A stretch of 64,000 nt of DNA from assembly GCF_001194135.2 (NCBI RefSeq), contig NC_068991.1:51888020-51952019 (forward strand). Direction: 5' to 3'. Position numbers and translations under genes: made by a program. This DNA comes from Octopus bimaculoides (Eukaryota). The notes beneath the pieces were generated by a model. It did no database searches. It saw only the letters and a list, made by a program, of their open reading frames with translations, and was not told the origin of the DNA. Shown here in pieces: positions 1 to 12,090 of the stretch. The number at the start of each line of letters is the position of its first letter. Position 1 is the stretch's first letter.

Positions 1-238
1 GTGTCACCCGCACGAAGGCCAGTCAGGCGGTACTGGCAATGGTCACGCTCAAAATGGTGCAATTTATGTGCCACCCGCACAAGAGCCAGTCCAGGGGCAC
101 TGGCAACGATCTTGATCGAAAATCCCACGAAAAATTTCATGTGTCACCCGCACATGAGCCAGTCCTGGGGCACCGGCAACGATCTTGCTTGAGAATCCTA
201 CGACAGCCCCACACAAGTGCCAGCCCAGGGGCACTGGA
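1..238. repeat. Degenerate ~70-bp tandem repeat (about 3.5 units, cut by window edge)
   Basis: Motif gtg(t/c)cacccgcac...gccagtc...ggcactggcaa recurs at 1, 68, 141 and partially ~207. Confidence 0.8.
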
Positions 239-240
239 AA

Positions 241-530
241 TACACATATATGTATGTACATATATATATGTATATACGTGTATGCGTTTATATTTATATA
301 TTTATATGTAATAAATGTCTAAATATATATGTATTGTTATGTGTATGCATGCAAACACCTATGTGTATATGAAGATGAAGCTGCGTACACATATACATAT
401 ATATACATGTGTATGTGTGGGTATGTGTGTATGTATGAGAACATACATGCACATATATGTTTGTGTGTGTATGTACATGTACATATACATGTTTGTGTGA
501 GTGGGTACGTATGTAAACGTTATGAACGCA
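241..530. repeat. TA/TG/ATAC low-complexity microsatellite tract
   Basis: Alternating purine-pyrimidine tract read directly. Confidence 0.85.
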
Positions 531-744
531 GGAGGTTTAATGTCTATATATTGTGAGAATATGGTTGCGTGTATTTTTTATAATTTTTCTTTTTTTCCTT
601 TCCTACCTATTAGAGTAACTTCCATTTTTTTCAACGGTTTTTCATAGCATCTGTTTCCATTAATAGCCAACGAGAATGCGTCATAGCTCTTCACTCTGAC
701 ATTCGAAACTCTGAGTACTATAATGACAACTTACTGTTTGTTCT

Positions 745-746
745 AA

Positions 747-790
<44 letters not shown>

Positions 791-805
791 TTAGATATAT
801 ATATG

Positions 806-881
<76 letters not shown>

Positions 882-891
882 TATATGTATG

Positions 892-936
<45 letters not shown>

Positions 937-945
937 TTATATATA
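745..945. repeat. (TA)n/(TG)n compound microsatellite
   Basis: Directly visible. Confidence 0.95.
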
Positions 946-1344
946 TAATATAGTATGCCAATAGGATTATAATCCAAGCAGTGTTCTTGTGAAACATGTC
1001 TGCAAAATCCAGTACCCCAAAACTGTTGTCTCTAGAGCAGATGTTATATATGTGTGAGGTAGGCATAAGGATTGAAAAATACTGGAAAAATAGTATTTGC
1101 AGAGTAATTACGTATTAAAATAAGAAATTGTGAGTATAGTTCAAATTTACAGAAAACAAAAGATGAAGACAGGTGAAAGAACAACAAGCAGGTGTATTAG
1201 TTTAATGCTTGGGAAGAATGGGAAAGTCTTTTGTATTTCAAGCCTATGCTCTTCGACAGGAAGTTTTAAGAGGTAAAAAAAACAAAGAGAGAAAAATGTA
1301 TGTAGGGCATACTGGTTCACTGTATGTATGTATGTATGTATGTA

Positions 1345-1727
1345 GTGGAGGCGCAATGGCCCAGTGGTTAGGGCAGCGGACTCGCGGTCATAAGATCGCG
1401 GTTTCAATTCCCAGACTGGGCGTTGTGACTGTTTATTGAGCGAAAACACCTAAAGCTCTACGAGGCTCCAGCAGGCGATAGTGGCGAACACTGCTGTACT
1501 CTTTCACCACAACTTTCTCTCATTCTTACTTCCTGTTTCTGTTGTGCCTGTAATTCAAAGGGCCAGCCTTGTCACACTGTGTCACGTTGAATATCCCCGA
1601 GAACTACATTAAGGATACACGTGTCTGTGGAGTGCTCAGCCACTTGCACGTTAATTTCACGAGCAGGCTGTTCCGTTGATCGGATCAACTGGAACCCTCG
1701 ACATCGTAAGCGACGGAGTGCTAACAA
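1345..1727 (+). mobile_element. tRNA-derived SINE, family A, full length, inserted in (TATG)n
   Basis: A-box tggcccagtgg and B-box ggtttcaattcc; high similarity to copies at 13042-13398 and 60235-60618. Confidence 0.92.
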
Positions 1728-2029
1728 TGTATGTATGTATGTATGTACGTATGTACGTATGTACGTATGCATGCATGACATATATGAGTATTTGAGTTGA
1801 TGTCTATATTTAGTTATCACCTTGCCTTTGTTTTTGAACCAATTGTTTGACAGACAAGTTCAACATGTTTGTATATATAAGCCTCAACCAGACAATTGTG
1901 GCATCATTCCAGAGAATATTAAATGCTTCAAAACTTATTCAACATAACTTACCAAGGAGGATGTAAATACTTATTTTTTATTCTGTTTAGAACAAGTGAC
2001 GTAATTAAGTCATAGAATATTTATTTGTA

Positions 2030-2215
2030 AGCAAATAACAGCTAAATCTTGTATCAAATCATATCCCATCACTTGAAATTGGAAAGGATACATAGGATAA
2101 TGTTGTCTAAGGTGTAATGGGAAAACAAGAGACTAGATTGTCACAGATGGAATTCTTTTGATCATAGTTACACTCACTCAAAGATTACCGGAGGCTAAAT
2201 AACAACAATTTCCTT
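2030..2215 (+). repeat. Old interspersed repeat fragment
   Basis: Loose similarity to 60740-60900 and 63180-63350 (aaatc..cctcaaatc..accc...aaagga...gataat). Confidence 0.4.
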
Positions 2216-3110
2216 TCTTTTTAAATATCTTTTTTTTTTATCATATATTTACACACACACACACACACACTATAAGTAAAATTCAGTTGAATTAAGTACT
2301 TACGTTGAGGCACCTTATTAGGTTGGAATAATATACACACATACAACAATATTATGTAAATATCGACCTTGGTATAGAAATACCAGCAGAATGATATTCC
2401 TGTTGTACATGCAGCCAATTAGACCCAGCTGAGTATATAATCTGCTCCTGAGCTTGAGCTATTCAGACATGTATGTTTTATTAAATATGAAGTCCATAAT
2501 ATACTTCAGAACTTGTGAAGGGCATGTTCTGAGGTAGGTGAATGAAATATAAATAAGTAACAATTGAAGGACAGGTGTTAATTTATTACAGCCACTGCTA
2601 ATGACTCCTTTAATTGATTAATGAGTACACTATATCATTATATCATTATAAAGAAACCGTTTTCTTCAGATGAATACATGAACTTTACAACTAAGGACAT
2701 TCAAAATGATTAACGCAGTTTAAAATCCAAGGAGCAAAACATTTTCAATGATTCTGCCACGATTTCAGTTGACAGATATATATATATATATATATATATA
2801 TANNNNNNNNNNNNNNNNNNNNNNNNNNNNNNNNNNNNNNNNNNNNNNNNNNNNNNNNNNNNNNNNNNNNNNNNNNNNNNNNNNNNNNNNNNNNNNNNNN
2901 NNNNNNNNNNNNNNNNNNNNNNNNNNNNNNNNNNNNNNNNNNNNNNNNNNNNNNNNNNNNNNNNNNNNNNNNNNNNNNNNNNNNNNNNNNNNNNNNNNNN
3001 NNNNNNNNNNNNNNNNNNNNNNNNNNNNNNNNNNNNNNNNNNNNNNNNNNNNNNNNNNNNNNNNNNNNNNNNNNNNNNNNNNNNNNNNNNNNNNNNNNNN
3101 NNNNNNNNNN

Positions 3111-3151
<41 letters not shown>

Positions 3152-3329
3152 TTAGAGACAGGCGTTCTCTATATAGAATACTCAAGAGATTTGAACTTGA
3201 GCCTGTAGATGAGTAAATGTAATGAGAAGCAAATTAGGCAAGTTGATTTACACAGAATATTAAATACATTTAATAGAAAATATGTACATGTATATGGATA
3301 TAAAATAGTCTGACTTATAGAATATAAAT

Positions 3330-4440
3330 GATACCAGGAGTTAAATGGGTAGAGTTTTACAAGTCCAACAGCTGTTTCTGGGAGCTTGGTGGTCTGGAAT
3401 AATACTTGGATCCACCATCGGATAACACCACCTCCATCTTCAGGGGAGTATTTTACATTGAAGAATTTTACACTTGAGGTGTTGACAGGCTGGAGTTTAA
3501 AGATGGAATGATTTTGTGGGGAGCTAAGTGTGTTAGGAAGGGGAGTTGGAAATGTTTAGATAGAGAGTAGGGGGAGGAGAAAATAGATTTCAGGGTTAGG
3601 GTTAATAATGAATCTAGTGATAGTAGTAGAGGTAGAAGGTGGGAGGAAGGGGGAAGGGTAGTTTAGGTAGTGTGTGGGTGATGACCTTTGTGATAGTTTA
3701 GATGAAGGCTACAGAGTTAATGGTTGAGATAGTGAAAAGGGCTTTTTATTAATTGGGGGAAATGAGTTGACTGGTTCAGTAGCTAAGTAATTGTTAGTGG
3801 GAATTGGGTTGGTAGTTTTCAAAGGAGTGGGGTTTTGTTAAGTACTGTTGGGGAGGCTAAGAGGAAGGTGAGAAGTGGTTGATTTGAAGATTTGGAAGAA
3901 GTTTGAGATGTGTATGGGAAGGAATAAGATGGGGGAAGGTAGTATTTATCAATTAGTAGGTTGCAAGGCTGACTTTGTTTTAGATTAAAGTTTTTTGAGG
4001 TATGGAAACTTATTATATTATAGGATTATATAGATTTAGTGAAGTGCGTGAAAGATGAGTAGTACTTGTGTTTACAAGAATAAATAACATCAGAGAATCT
4101 ATTGAGTAATGAGGAGTTGTGAAAGCGAAGAATGGTTGAGGATTCTTTTAGACATAACTTACACTTACTGATATTTGCATTGTATGGGGGAACTTCACTT
4201 ACTATGGACCAAGATAGGGTGTATGGCATATTTTGTGATTTGAGGTTGTATATGTACATTGCAAAGGAGGCAGATAATTTAAAGTTTGGATTAGTGAAAT
4301 GTAAATGGTAGTGGTGCTTGAAATCTATGGTGCTGTTGATATATACCTTTGCTTGGTGGGAACAGGGTGTTATAACACAGTACTTATAGATCACAGTTTT
4401 GTGCAGACAGGAGCCTGCAAGAGGCATAATTTAGATGCAT
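3330..4440 (-). mobile_element. Penelope-like element 3' part: GIY-YIG endonuclease remnant, pyrimidine-rich spacer and terminal repeat
   Basis: ORF 4427..4026 PLAGSCLHKTVIY..KVYINST..FK..LSASFAMYIYNLK..WSIV..YN..CKLCLKE..LLNR..CKHK matches the Cys-rich PLE GIY-YIG layout. Confidence 0.82.
3362..3449 (-). ncRNA. Degenerate type I hammerhead ribozyme candidate
   Basis: Minus strand CUGAAGA - long stem II (ggtggt/accacc) - GAAA-C-AGCU-G-UU; stem I weak. Confidence 0.45.
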
Positions 4441-4556
4441 GACAGTTGCAAGTTTTTCTACCTGCTCAACTATCTCAAAGCATATTTGTTAGTTTGACTA
4501 CTTAAAATAATTTTGTAGAAAGGTGCCCAATGTTTCTGAGTGTCTCTTTATAATTA

Positions 4557-4772
4557 CAAGAGGTGCTGAAAAGTTCTTAGCTTTGGGTAAAAGAAAATAC
4601 AGGAGGATCAGTTAATTAGGATTTTAATCAACATATTCCTCTCTCAGATTCACACACTTTTTGCAGTAGTCCTTCAGTTTTTCTTAGCCTTGTAAAAGAA
4701 CCCAGAAGGTTGGGCTTCCAATCAGGCCTTTTATGATACCCTTAAAGCCAGGAACTTTTCAGCACCCCTTCA
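4557..4772. mobile_element. Mariner-type MITE
   Basis: TA then caagaggtgctgaaaagttcttagcttt at left; aaagccaggaacttttcagcacccct at right (imperfect TIRs). Confidence 0.75.
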
Positions 4773-4789
4773 CAGATGCATATACTCTT

Positions 4790-5292
4790 TACTCTTTTAC
4801 TCTTTTACTTGTTTCAGTCATTTGACTGCGGCCATGCTGGAGCACCACCTTTATAGTCGAGCAAATCGACTCCAGAGCTTATTCTTTGTAAGCCTAGTAC
4901 TTATTCTATCAGTCTTATTTGCCGAACCGCTAAGTTACGGGGATGTAAACACACCAGCATCGGTTCTCAAGCGATACTGGGGGGACAAACAGACACAGAC
5001 ACACAGACATACACACACAGACACACACACACACACACACACACTTAGCTTTTTTTTGATGTCCTGTACCCACATATGCATGTATGTATACATATAGATG
5101 TAGGTATGTACAGGTATGCATGGATATATGCATATATTTATACATTATTTATATTATATAGATATATATATATATACGACGGGCTTCTTCCAGTTTCTGT
5201 CTACCAAATCCACTCACAAGGCTTTGGTCAGCCCGAGGCTATAGTAGAAGACACTTGCCCAAGGTGCCACGCAATGGGACTGAACCCGGGAG
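4790..5292 (-). mobile_element. SINE family B (CORE-like, internal microsatellite), 5' truncated
   Basis: Reverse complement of 29652-30090 and 33782-34216; contains ttgggcaagtgtctt; internal (CA)n/(TA)n. Confidence 0.88.
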
Positions 5293-5329
5293 CTTAAAGA
5301 TTAAACCAGCCACAAAGTTAAAATACAAC

Positions 5330-6426
5330 TTATGAATCAATGGATAAAATTTTGCACTTGATTAAATATTCTGAGCACAAGTGGAACATATGCAGGGACT
5401 TGAAAGTTGTTGGTTTGCTTCTTGGGTTACAAATGGGGTATACAAAGCATCAGTGCTTTTTGTGCCTTTGGAACAGCAGAGATGACAAGCATCACTATGA
5501 TTAAAAAGAGTGGCCTAAGAGAAGTGATTTCACTATAGGGAGATACAATGCTAAATATATCCCTTTAGTTGACTCTCAGAAAATTTACCTTCCTCCCTGG
5601 CTTGTTTAAGAATTTTGTTAAGGCCGTGAATGAAGACGGTAAAAGGTTCAAATATCTCAGTGAAAAATTTGTTTCTAGCAAGAGTGAAGCTAAAATCAAA
5701 GGTGGTGTCTTTAATGGACCAGAAATTCGCATACTAATTTGTGATGAGCTTTTTCAAGAAAAATTAAACTCAGTAAAGAAAACTGCTTGGGAAAAGTTTG
5801 TTTCTCCTGTAAAAATTTTTTGGGAAATGAAAAATCATCTGGCTATGTTGCAATTGTGAATGATTTTTTGAAAGCTTATAAGGAACTTGGGGCAAGAATG
5901 TCTCTAAAAGTTCATTTTCTCCACTCTCATCTTGACTTTTTTCCACTCAATATGGGTGATGTAAGTGATGAGCATGGTGAACGATTTCATCAAGAAATCA
6001 AAGAGCTAGACAGCCACTACAGTGGCTGACTTACGCCAAACATGCTGACGACTACTGCTGGTTTTTAAAACGAGAAACAGACATGCAGCACAAGCATAAA
6101 AGAAGACACCAAAGCTATTTTTGAAAAACATAAAATTAATAATATTCACTTAACACTATTGCTTTGTGCTTTATTGGTTTTAGAGCTACTTGTTCACCTG
6201 GTTGCTATTGTTCTTATACCAAATAACAGTAATTTACACTTAACATAACATTCATTTTATTTGTCATGAATTTTCACATTATTGTAATTTTGATAGCAGT
6301 ATAATAATGATAGCACAAAAGCGTGACGTACTAGAGCAAAAATGGTTGCAGATTCAGAATCAGTGCTCCCACACTACCTATGAGCACCATTTTGTGTAAT
6401 AGTAGCCAAAATTTTGTTGTCTAGTG
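5330..6426 (+). mobile_element. Chapaev/CMC-like DNA transposon 3' half, frameshifted transposase
   Basis: Translations YESMDKILHLIKY..DLKVVGLLLG..CFLCLW, KNFVKA, SEAKIKGGVF, MSLKVHFLHSHLDFFP.NMG.VSDEHGERFHQ; terminus ttttgttgtctagtg (CAC end on the other strand). Confidence 0.75.
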
Positions 6427-6909
6427 TTCACACCCACACAGTCCAAACTGCAAATATGGGTGCTGTTTACGTTCAACCCAGATCAACATTAATCCGTCAG
6501 ACCAATCTCTCAGTACACCTATCGATTAAGCACATTCCAGGTGTGACCATCAACTTTGTAAGTTTTAGTACTACATTATTCCGTGTGTCCTTACATATTC
6601 ACATGCATTATATGTGTGTATGTGTCTATGTATGTATGTATGTATATAGGAACAATATAAATAGCTCATTATATTTATAGTGTTGGGAAAAGTTGGTCTT
6701 AACTGTTATGATACATGATAGTTATGTTTATCTTTTTTCCTTACACCCCACTCACCAAACATAGTCATTTGAAAATATTTTAGCTAAAAATTCTTGACAC
6801 TCTGTACCTCTACATCTGTGTAATTTTTTCTTAAAATTAAAATTATGAGAAACATTAGGAAAAAAAAAAACAAAGTAACGATCCATCTTCGTACACATTC
6901 AGATAATTT

Positions 6910-7010
6910 GGACAGTATGACCAATGTCAGTTTCACAAGCAGGCCGTTCTGTCAATTGAATCAACTGAAACCCTTGTCATCGTAACTGACAGAGTGTTCA
7001 TTAGATACCT
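6910..7010 (+). mobile_element. Diverged SINE fragment (3' domain shared with family A)
   Basis: ttcacaagcaggccgttctgtcaattgaatcaactgaaaccctt resembles 1656-1700. Confidence 0.6.
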
Positions 7011-8049
7011 ATTCAACTGAGGATTAGTTCGCAACACCAGAGAAAACTAAATGTCTTACATTATTTTATTCAGTTTGTGAGCATTCTAAGTTTTGAGTTT
7101 CTTAGTTTAAAAGTATGTATTTGTAATATAGGAAGGATGATTTAATAAATTCTATAAGAAATGAGTCTTGTTAAAAGAACTTTGTTTAACCTGATTAGAA
7201 TCAAACATTAATTGGGTTGACATTTTGTAAAAATGTGAAACTATTCAGTTAACGGGTAACATTTACCTCTTGCTTGTTTCATTCATTAGACAGTGCCGTG
7301 CTGAGGCACCACCTTAAAGAACTATTCATCAAACAGATTGATCCCAGTACTTATTTTTTAAAACCCAGGAGTTATACCATCATTCCCTTTTGCTGATCCA
7401 CTAAGCATTTCACCTGTTAACGATTCTGTCACTTCGACGCCTTACTACAACAAAAATACAGCCAATTGATTTATTGGAATAAAAACTACCTTTCTTTACG
7501 CTAATAGGAAGGATTTGCAAGGGAGACAACTGTAGAAAACGCAAAAGTAATTTCCCTTACGTTATTTATTTATTATTTTTTTTCTGTCGGGTATCTCATA
7601 ATATCTTAAAGGAATAAATTCTATAACACAAGGACTTTACTTTTTTATGATACAAAGGACTTTTTTGAATCTATCTATAGTTGAAAACATTCTTTTTAAT
7701 GGAGTAGCCAGTTTTTGACAATTATAGATATCTCGTAAGTAAACTTCATACTTGCTCTGAATTTTAAAATGTTATGAATTAAAATAAATGAATACGGTTT
7801 TTGAGAACGTTAATATGATTCTGTTTCTAGAATCTTTTTTTATTGTTTGACTTAGTTCTGTAGAGTAAATAAATACAATTTTACTACTCGATATCCATCA
7901 GTGTATGAATTTATTTTTATTTTCACTCCTTTTGTTTTTGTTTTTATATATCCAAGCTTATTACAAACAGGTTATTGCATAACCTTCGAATAATTTGGCG
8001 TTATATAAAATATTGAAACACAGAAAAGATATTAGATTAAAGAAATATA

Positions 8050-9955
8050 CAGTAGAACCTCGCAAAACGAGTGCCCCATTGTACGAGTAATTTGCTGTAC
8101 CAACCCCGAGACTCGTGCGAATTTTAGTCTTGAAGTACGAGTGAAAATCCGCAGTACGAGCAAGTTTCATACAAGCGACCGCTAGTCGTTACTGAGCTCG
8201 CTCACGCTCTCCCATCAAGTGCAGTCTCCGCTCACTCAGTTCATGTGCTTATCTCGTTGTGACAGCATCCCTGTTGTGTTTTTCCCAGTGTTTTTGTTTA
8301 CTTTTGTGCATTTGTTGCTATTATTTTATAAGAATTAATTGTGCTAGCCACAGGTCCTAAGAAGGTTGGTGCAAAGGACAGTGCTGAAAAGAAGAAAAAG
8401 CTAATTACGATAAAATTAAAGAACAAAATCATAGAAAAACATGAGAGAGGGGTGTGTGTAGTGAACATAGCACGTCGACGATCTGCACCATCCTGAAGAA
8501 AAATGACGAGATCAAGGCCGTTACAACAGCAAAGAGTGTCTCCAGGCTTTCTAAGCAACGCCCACCTGTCCACGAATGGATGGAAAAATTGCTTCTCCTT
8601 AAGCAACTAGTAGGGAATACGATTACGGAGACCCTCATCTGCGAGAAAGCACGAGCGCTGTATGGGGATCTCCTGAAGCAGAAGCCTGGAACATCGACGG
8701 AGGAGACATCAGCAGACGCATTTAAGGCCAGTCACGGCTGGTTTAATAATTTCAAGAAAAGGACACGTATGGAGAAGCAGCGTGTTCTGACACGAAGGCA
8801 GCTGAAATTTTCGTGCGTGAATTCCGTCAGCTCATCGCAGCTGAGGGATACATCGCACAACAGGTATTCATTTGTGATGAAACTGGCCTTTTTGGGGGGT
8901 TAAAATGCCCAGAAAGTCCTGCAGAGGAGAAGAAAATGCCAGGCCGTAAGCCTATCAAAATTAGACTAACTCTCGCCCTTTGTGCGAATGCGTGTAGAGA
9001 CTTGAAGATTAAGCCGCTCCTTGTCTACCATTCCGAAAACCCACGAACGTTCAAGTAACACAATATACTGAAGGATAAGCTGCAGGTCGTGTGAAGGGCA
9101 AACGTTAAAACCTGGGTCACCAGGCAATTCTTCTCCGAATGGGTCAACCTTGTTTTCGGACCAGCAGTGAAAAAGTACCTTCTGGAGAACGATCTTCCTC
9201 TCAAGGCCCTCCTCATCCTTGACAATGCTTCTGCTCACCTTCCTAATCTCGAAGATGATATCCTGGATGAATTTATTTAAAAAGTTCTGTACCTTTCACG
9301 CAACACCACAGGTGATTTCTAATTTTAAGAAATTGTGCATCAAGCACCTGTTTCATCGGTGGCTTGAAGTTACCGAAAATAAAAATCTAACTCTTCGTGA
9401 GTTTTGGAAGGAGCATTACAACATTGTAAACTGCCTGAAAATCAGACAGGATGTTACAAGGAGAACGCTGAATTCTACATGGAGGAAACTGTGGCCTAAC
9501 TGCGTATCCAAAAGAGACTTCGAGGGATTTGAATTTGAGATAACTTCGTCGAAGAGATAGTGTCTCTTGGCAAGTCCATGGGCCTCAAGGTTGATGATGG
9601 GGACATTAACGATCTCGTTGAGGAACACTCAGAGGAGCTGATGACAGATTAACTCCTGCAACTTCATTGGATGCAGTAGAAGAGATTGGTTCCCCGGAGA
9701 AGGACAATGTTGCAGAGAAGGATATCTCTACGATTGACATAAAAGCAGTGTTGGCGCTGTATGTTTCTGTTGGTAAATATCATCCTGAAAAAGTCGCTAC
9801 AGGTCGTGCAGCTTCTTAATTTAATGACGCTGTTTTGGCGCATTTTCATAACATTTTGAAAGGCAGGAAAAAGCAGACTTCTATTCATATGTTTCTAATG
9901 AAACGATCTGCAAGTGTAAAAAGTGAAGAAATTGTGTCCAAAATGCCTAAATTAA
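8050..9955 (+). mobile_element. Tigger/pogo DNA transposon, decayed transposase (CENP-B-type HTH + DDE), right end lost
   Basis: TA-cagtagaacctcg left TIR; FKASHGWFNNFKKR, QVFICDETGLF, RLTLALCANA, ALLILDNASAH in shifting frames. Confidence 0.9.
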
Positions 9956-10027
9956 GCGAAGTGCTTGGAATCGAACTCGGAATCTTGGGGGTAGTACCTC
10001 GCGCTCTTAACCACTACGCCATATGCC
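9956..10027 (-). mobile_element. tRNA-like SINE head (Pol III A and B boxes)
   Basis: Minus strand tggcgtagtgg (A box) and gagttcgattcc (B box); no clean acceptor stem, so not called a tRNA gene. Confidence 0.7.
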
Positions 10028-10062
10028 CGTAGGCATTTGGCGTAGTGGGCAAATTTCCCCAA

Positions 10063-10108
10063 GACATCTGATGAAGGCTGGAGAGTATATCAGCCGAAAC
10101 GTTGTGTT
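10063..10108 (+). ncRNA. Minimal type I hammerhead ribozyme with palindromic, loopless stem III
   Basis: gacat-CTGATGA-a-ggctg(gagagtatat)cagcc-GAAAC-GTT-gtgtt: full core, 5-bp stem II, 5-bp stem I with two G-U pairs, AACGTT palindrome. Confidence 0.65.
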
Positions 10109-10429
10109 AACTACAAACAAGATGAGGACAAATATCCGTTGAATGTAAATAATGTAAATAATTCTTCATCTTTTAAATATAGAACTGTCTGTTTCGTATA
10201 CTTGTTAATTTTTATGCAAGGTGCAGTTAGACTGAGGTAACAGCATAGACCGTGAATCATGTTAGATATTAGAATTTCATAAAGTTGGGGGGGTTTNNNN
10301 NNNNNNNNNNNNNNNNNNNNNNNNNNNNNNNNNNNNNNNNNNNNNNNNNNNNNNNNNNNNNNNNNNNNNNNNNNNNNNNNNNNNNNNNNNNNNNNNNNNN
10401 NNNNNNNNNNNNNNNNNNNNNNNGGTGGG

Positions 10430-11385
10430 GGGTATGAATTTCTGATGAGATTATGGAATCAATTTCATTGGTAAGAATTTTCCGAAGAATCCAGACTAAT
10501 ACATGTGCATAAGTTAGGTCACTTTTATAACCATTTAGTTGTGTATATAACAAAGTACTGGTCGAAATATTTAAGACTTCGTTATAAGGTCCATATGTTT
10601 GAAAATCTTGAGATAAAAAAAACTCTTGCAAATAGGTCTTGTCTGTTGGTGTATAACTGTCTTGGGAAAATTTCTGATTCGATTTCGTTCCACTTAGCAT
10701 TGCAAGTAAAAGTGAATAAAGGCCCAGGACGTCCACAATTACGCCGGTAAATCATGGCATTCCATGTCTTCTCAAGATTATATATTGGACTTCCTGTAAA
10801 AGTGGATGGGCAATAATCCGTATTTTCCCCCTGTGATGCCAATGTGTCGGGCGCAAATTCACGACATGTACCTGACAATCAGGGTCGGTATGGTTAAAGA
10901 CTAGACTGGATACAGTAATTGTCTGGATACAATAATTTCCAGAGATTCAGCGAAGGTTGAACTGAACCCCCGTCTGCGGGGCACCACTCTGATTTATATG
11001 TCAGAGTTATTTCCCTTCGCTTAAAATGCATGTAGAATTCTGAACGATGTTCTTTTAATACGCTTTTTATATAGCATAACCTTTTCAATTCTATTTTACA
11101 TTGTAACAATATCTGTTTAACCTTGAAGATGATTAAACGAATTACTTCGACTCATTAATCGGTGAATATAATAATGCACCAGCTTGTGGTATACTAAAGA
11201 AGTATCCATTTTCTCCGTTGACAAAAAGCAAAGGATCTTATAAAGGATTGTATCCACCGAGAGTTTCGTTTATAAACGTGACGCAATTGTCATATTTCAA
11301 AACAATATCTCGTTTGCCATGTTGTTCTCCATCAACATATTACTACGCTTGTGCCGTCGGTGTTTGTCACTAAGGGAGATAAGTC
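10430..11385 (-). mobile_element. Helitron Rep (HUH) domain remnant, interrupted by a 177-bp insert
   Basis: RDIVL..PLLF.NGENGY, KIELKRLCYIK..RSEFYMH, PSTFTGSP, FTFTCNAKWNEI..RQDLFARVF, YAHVLVW..IDSIISSEI. Confidence 0.85.
10844..11020. repeat. ~175-bp interspersed element, copy 1
   Basis: gtgtcgggcgcaaattcacgaca...gtcagagttatttcccttcgc; near-identical to 12463-12636. Confidence 0.9.
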
Positions 11386-11389
11386 AGGA

Positions 11390-11990
11390 TTAAATTCAAG
11401 TTATTTCCCTTGGCTTCTGGACTGGCATTACTGCAAACACTCTTGCAAGGTGGTAAAACTCTTCACAGCATATTCAAGCTTCCAGTTCCTTTGAGTGAAA
11501 CAAGTGTGTGCAATGTTCCACCAAATTCTGATCAAGGAAACATTCTTAGGCGAGTAAAAGTCTTCATTATTAACGAAACTTCAATGATACAAGTTTATGC
11601 TTTAAAAGTTATAGATAATTGTTTAAGAGATATTATGAATAGTAATAGTATATTTGGTGGGAAAGTTATCATACTAGGAGGAGATTTTAGACAAGTTCTT
11701 CCAGATATTACCAGAGCTCCTCCTGCAGCTGTAATTGATGCCTGCCTCAAACACTCTTCTATGTGGGATAATTTTCATCAAATGCAACTTACGCAAAACA
11801 TGAGAACAAATGCAAATGAACAAGATTTTTCGAGGTGGCTATTACAACTTGGAAGTGGATTTCTTCAAAGCTCTCTTGATAATCTCTCAGAAGATACTAT
11901 TGATATTCCTGAAGCTTGCATATGTAACAATTCTTTGGTGTCTGATATATTTGACAATTGTACAGCAGAAGAAATGAAAAATAGAGTGAT
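11390..11990 (+). mobile_element. Helitron PIF1-family helicase remnant
   Basis: TLLQGGKTLHSIFKLP, FIINETSM, FGGKVIILGGDFRQVLP, LTQNMR, FSRWLLQLGSG. Confidence 0.88.
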
Positions 11991-12090
11991 NNNNNNNNNN
12001 NNNNNNNNNNNNNNNNNNNNNNNNNNNNNNNNNNNNNNNNNNNNNNNNNNNNNNNNNNNNNNNNNNNNNNNNNNNNNNNNNNNNNNNNNN

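Noticed and set aside
1-238. Repeat-spacer appearance resembling a CRISPR array
   Set aside because: Units are degenerate, linkers are related to each other, no cas genes, eukaryotic context
1345-1425. tRNA genes at SINE heads (also 9956, 13330, 29652, 33782, 60235)
   Set aside because: A and B boxes are present but they continue into SINE bodies and lack clean acceptor stems
1953-1982. Minus-strand 30-nt microexon (IKNKYLHPP)
   Set aside because: Good donor but AT-rich low-information sequence with no supporting partner exons; within chance expectation
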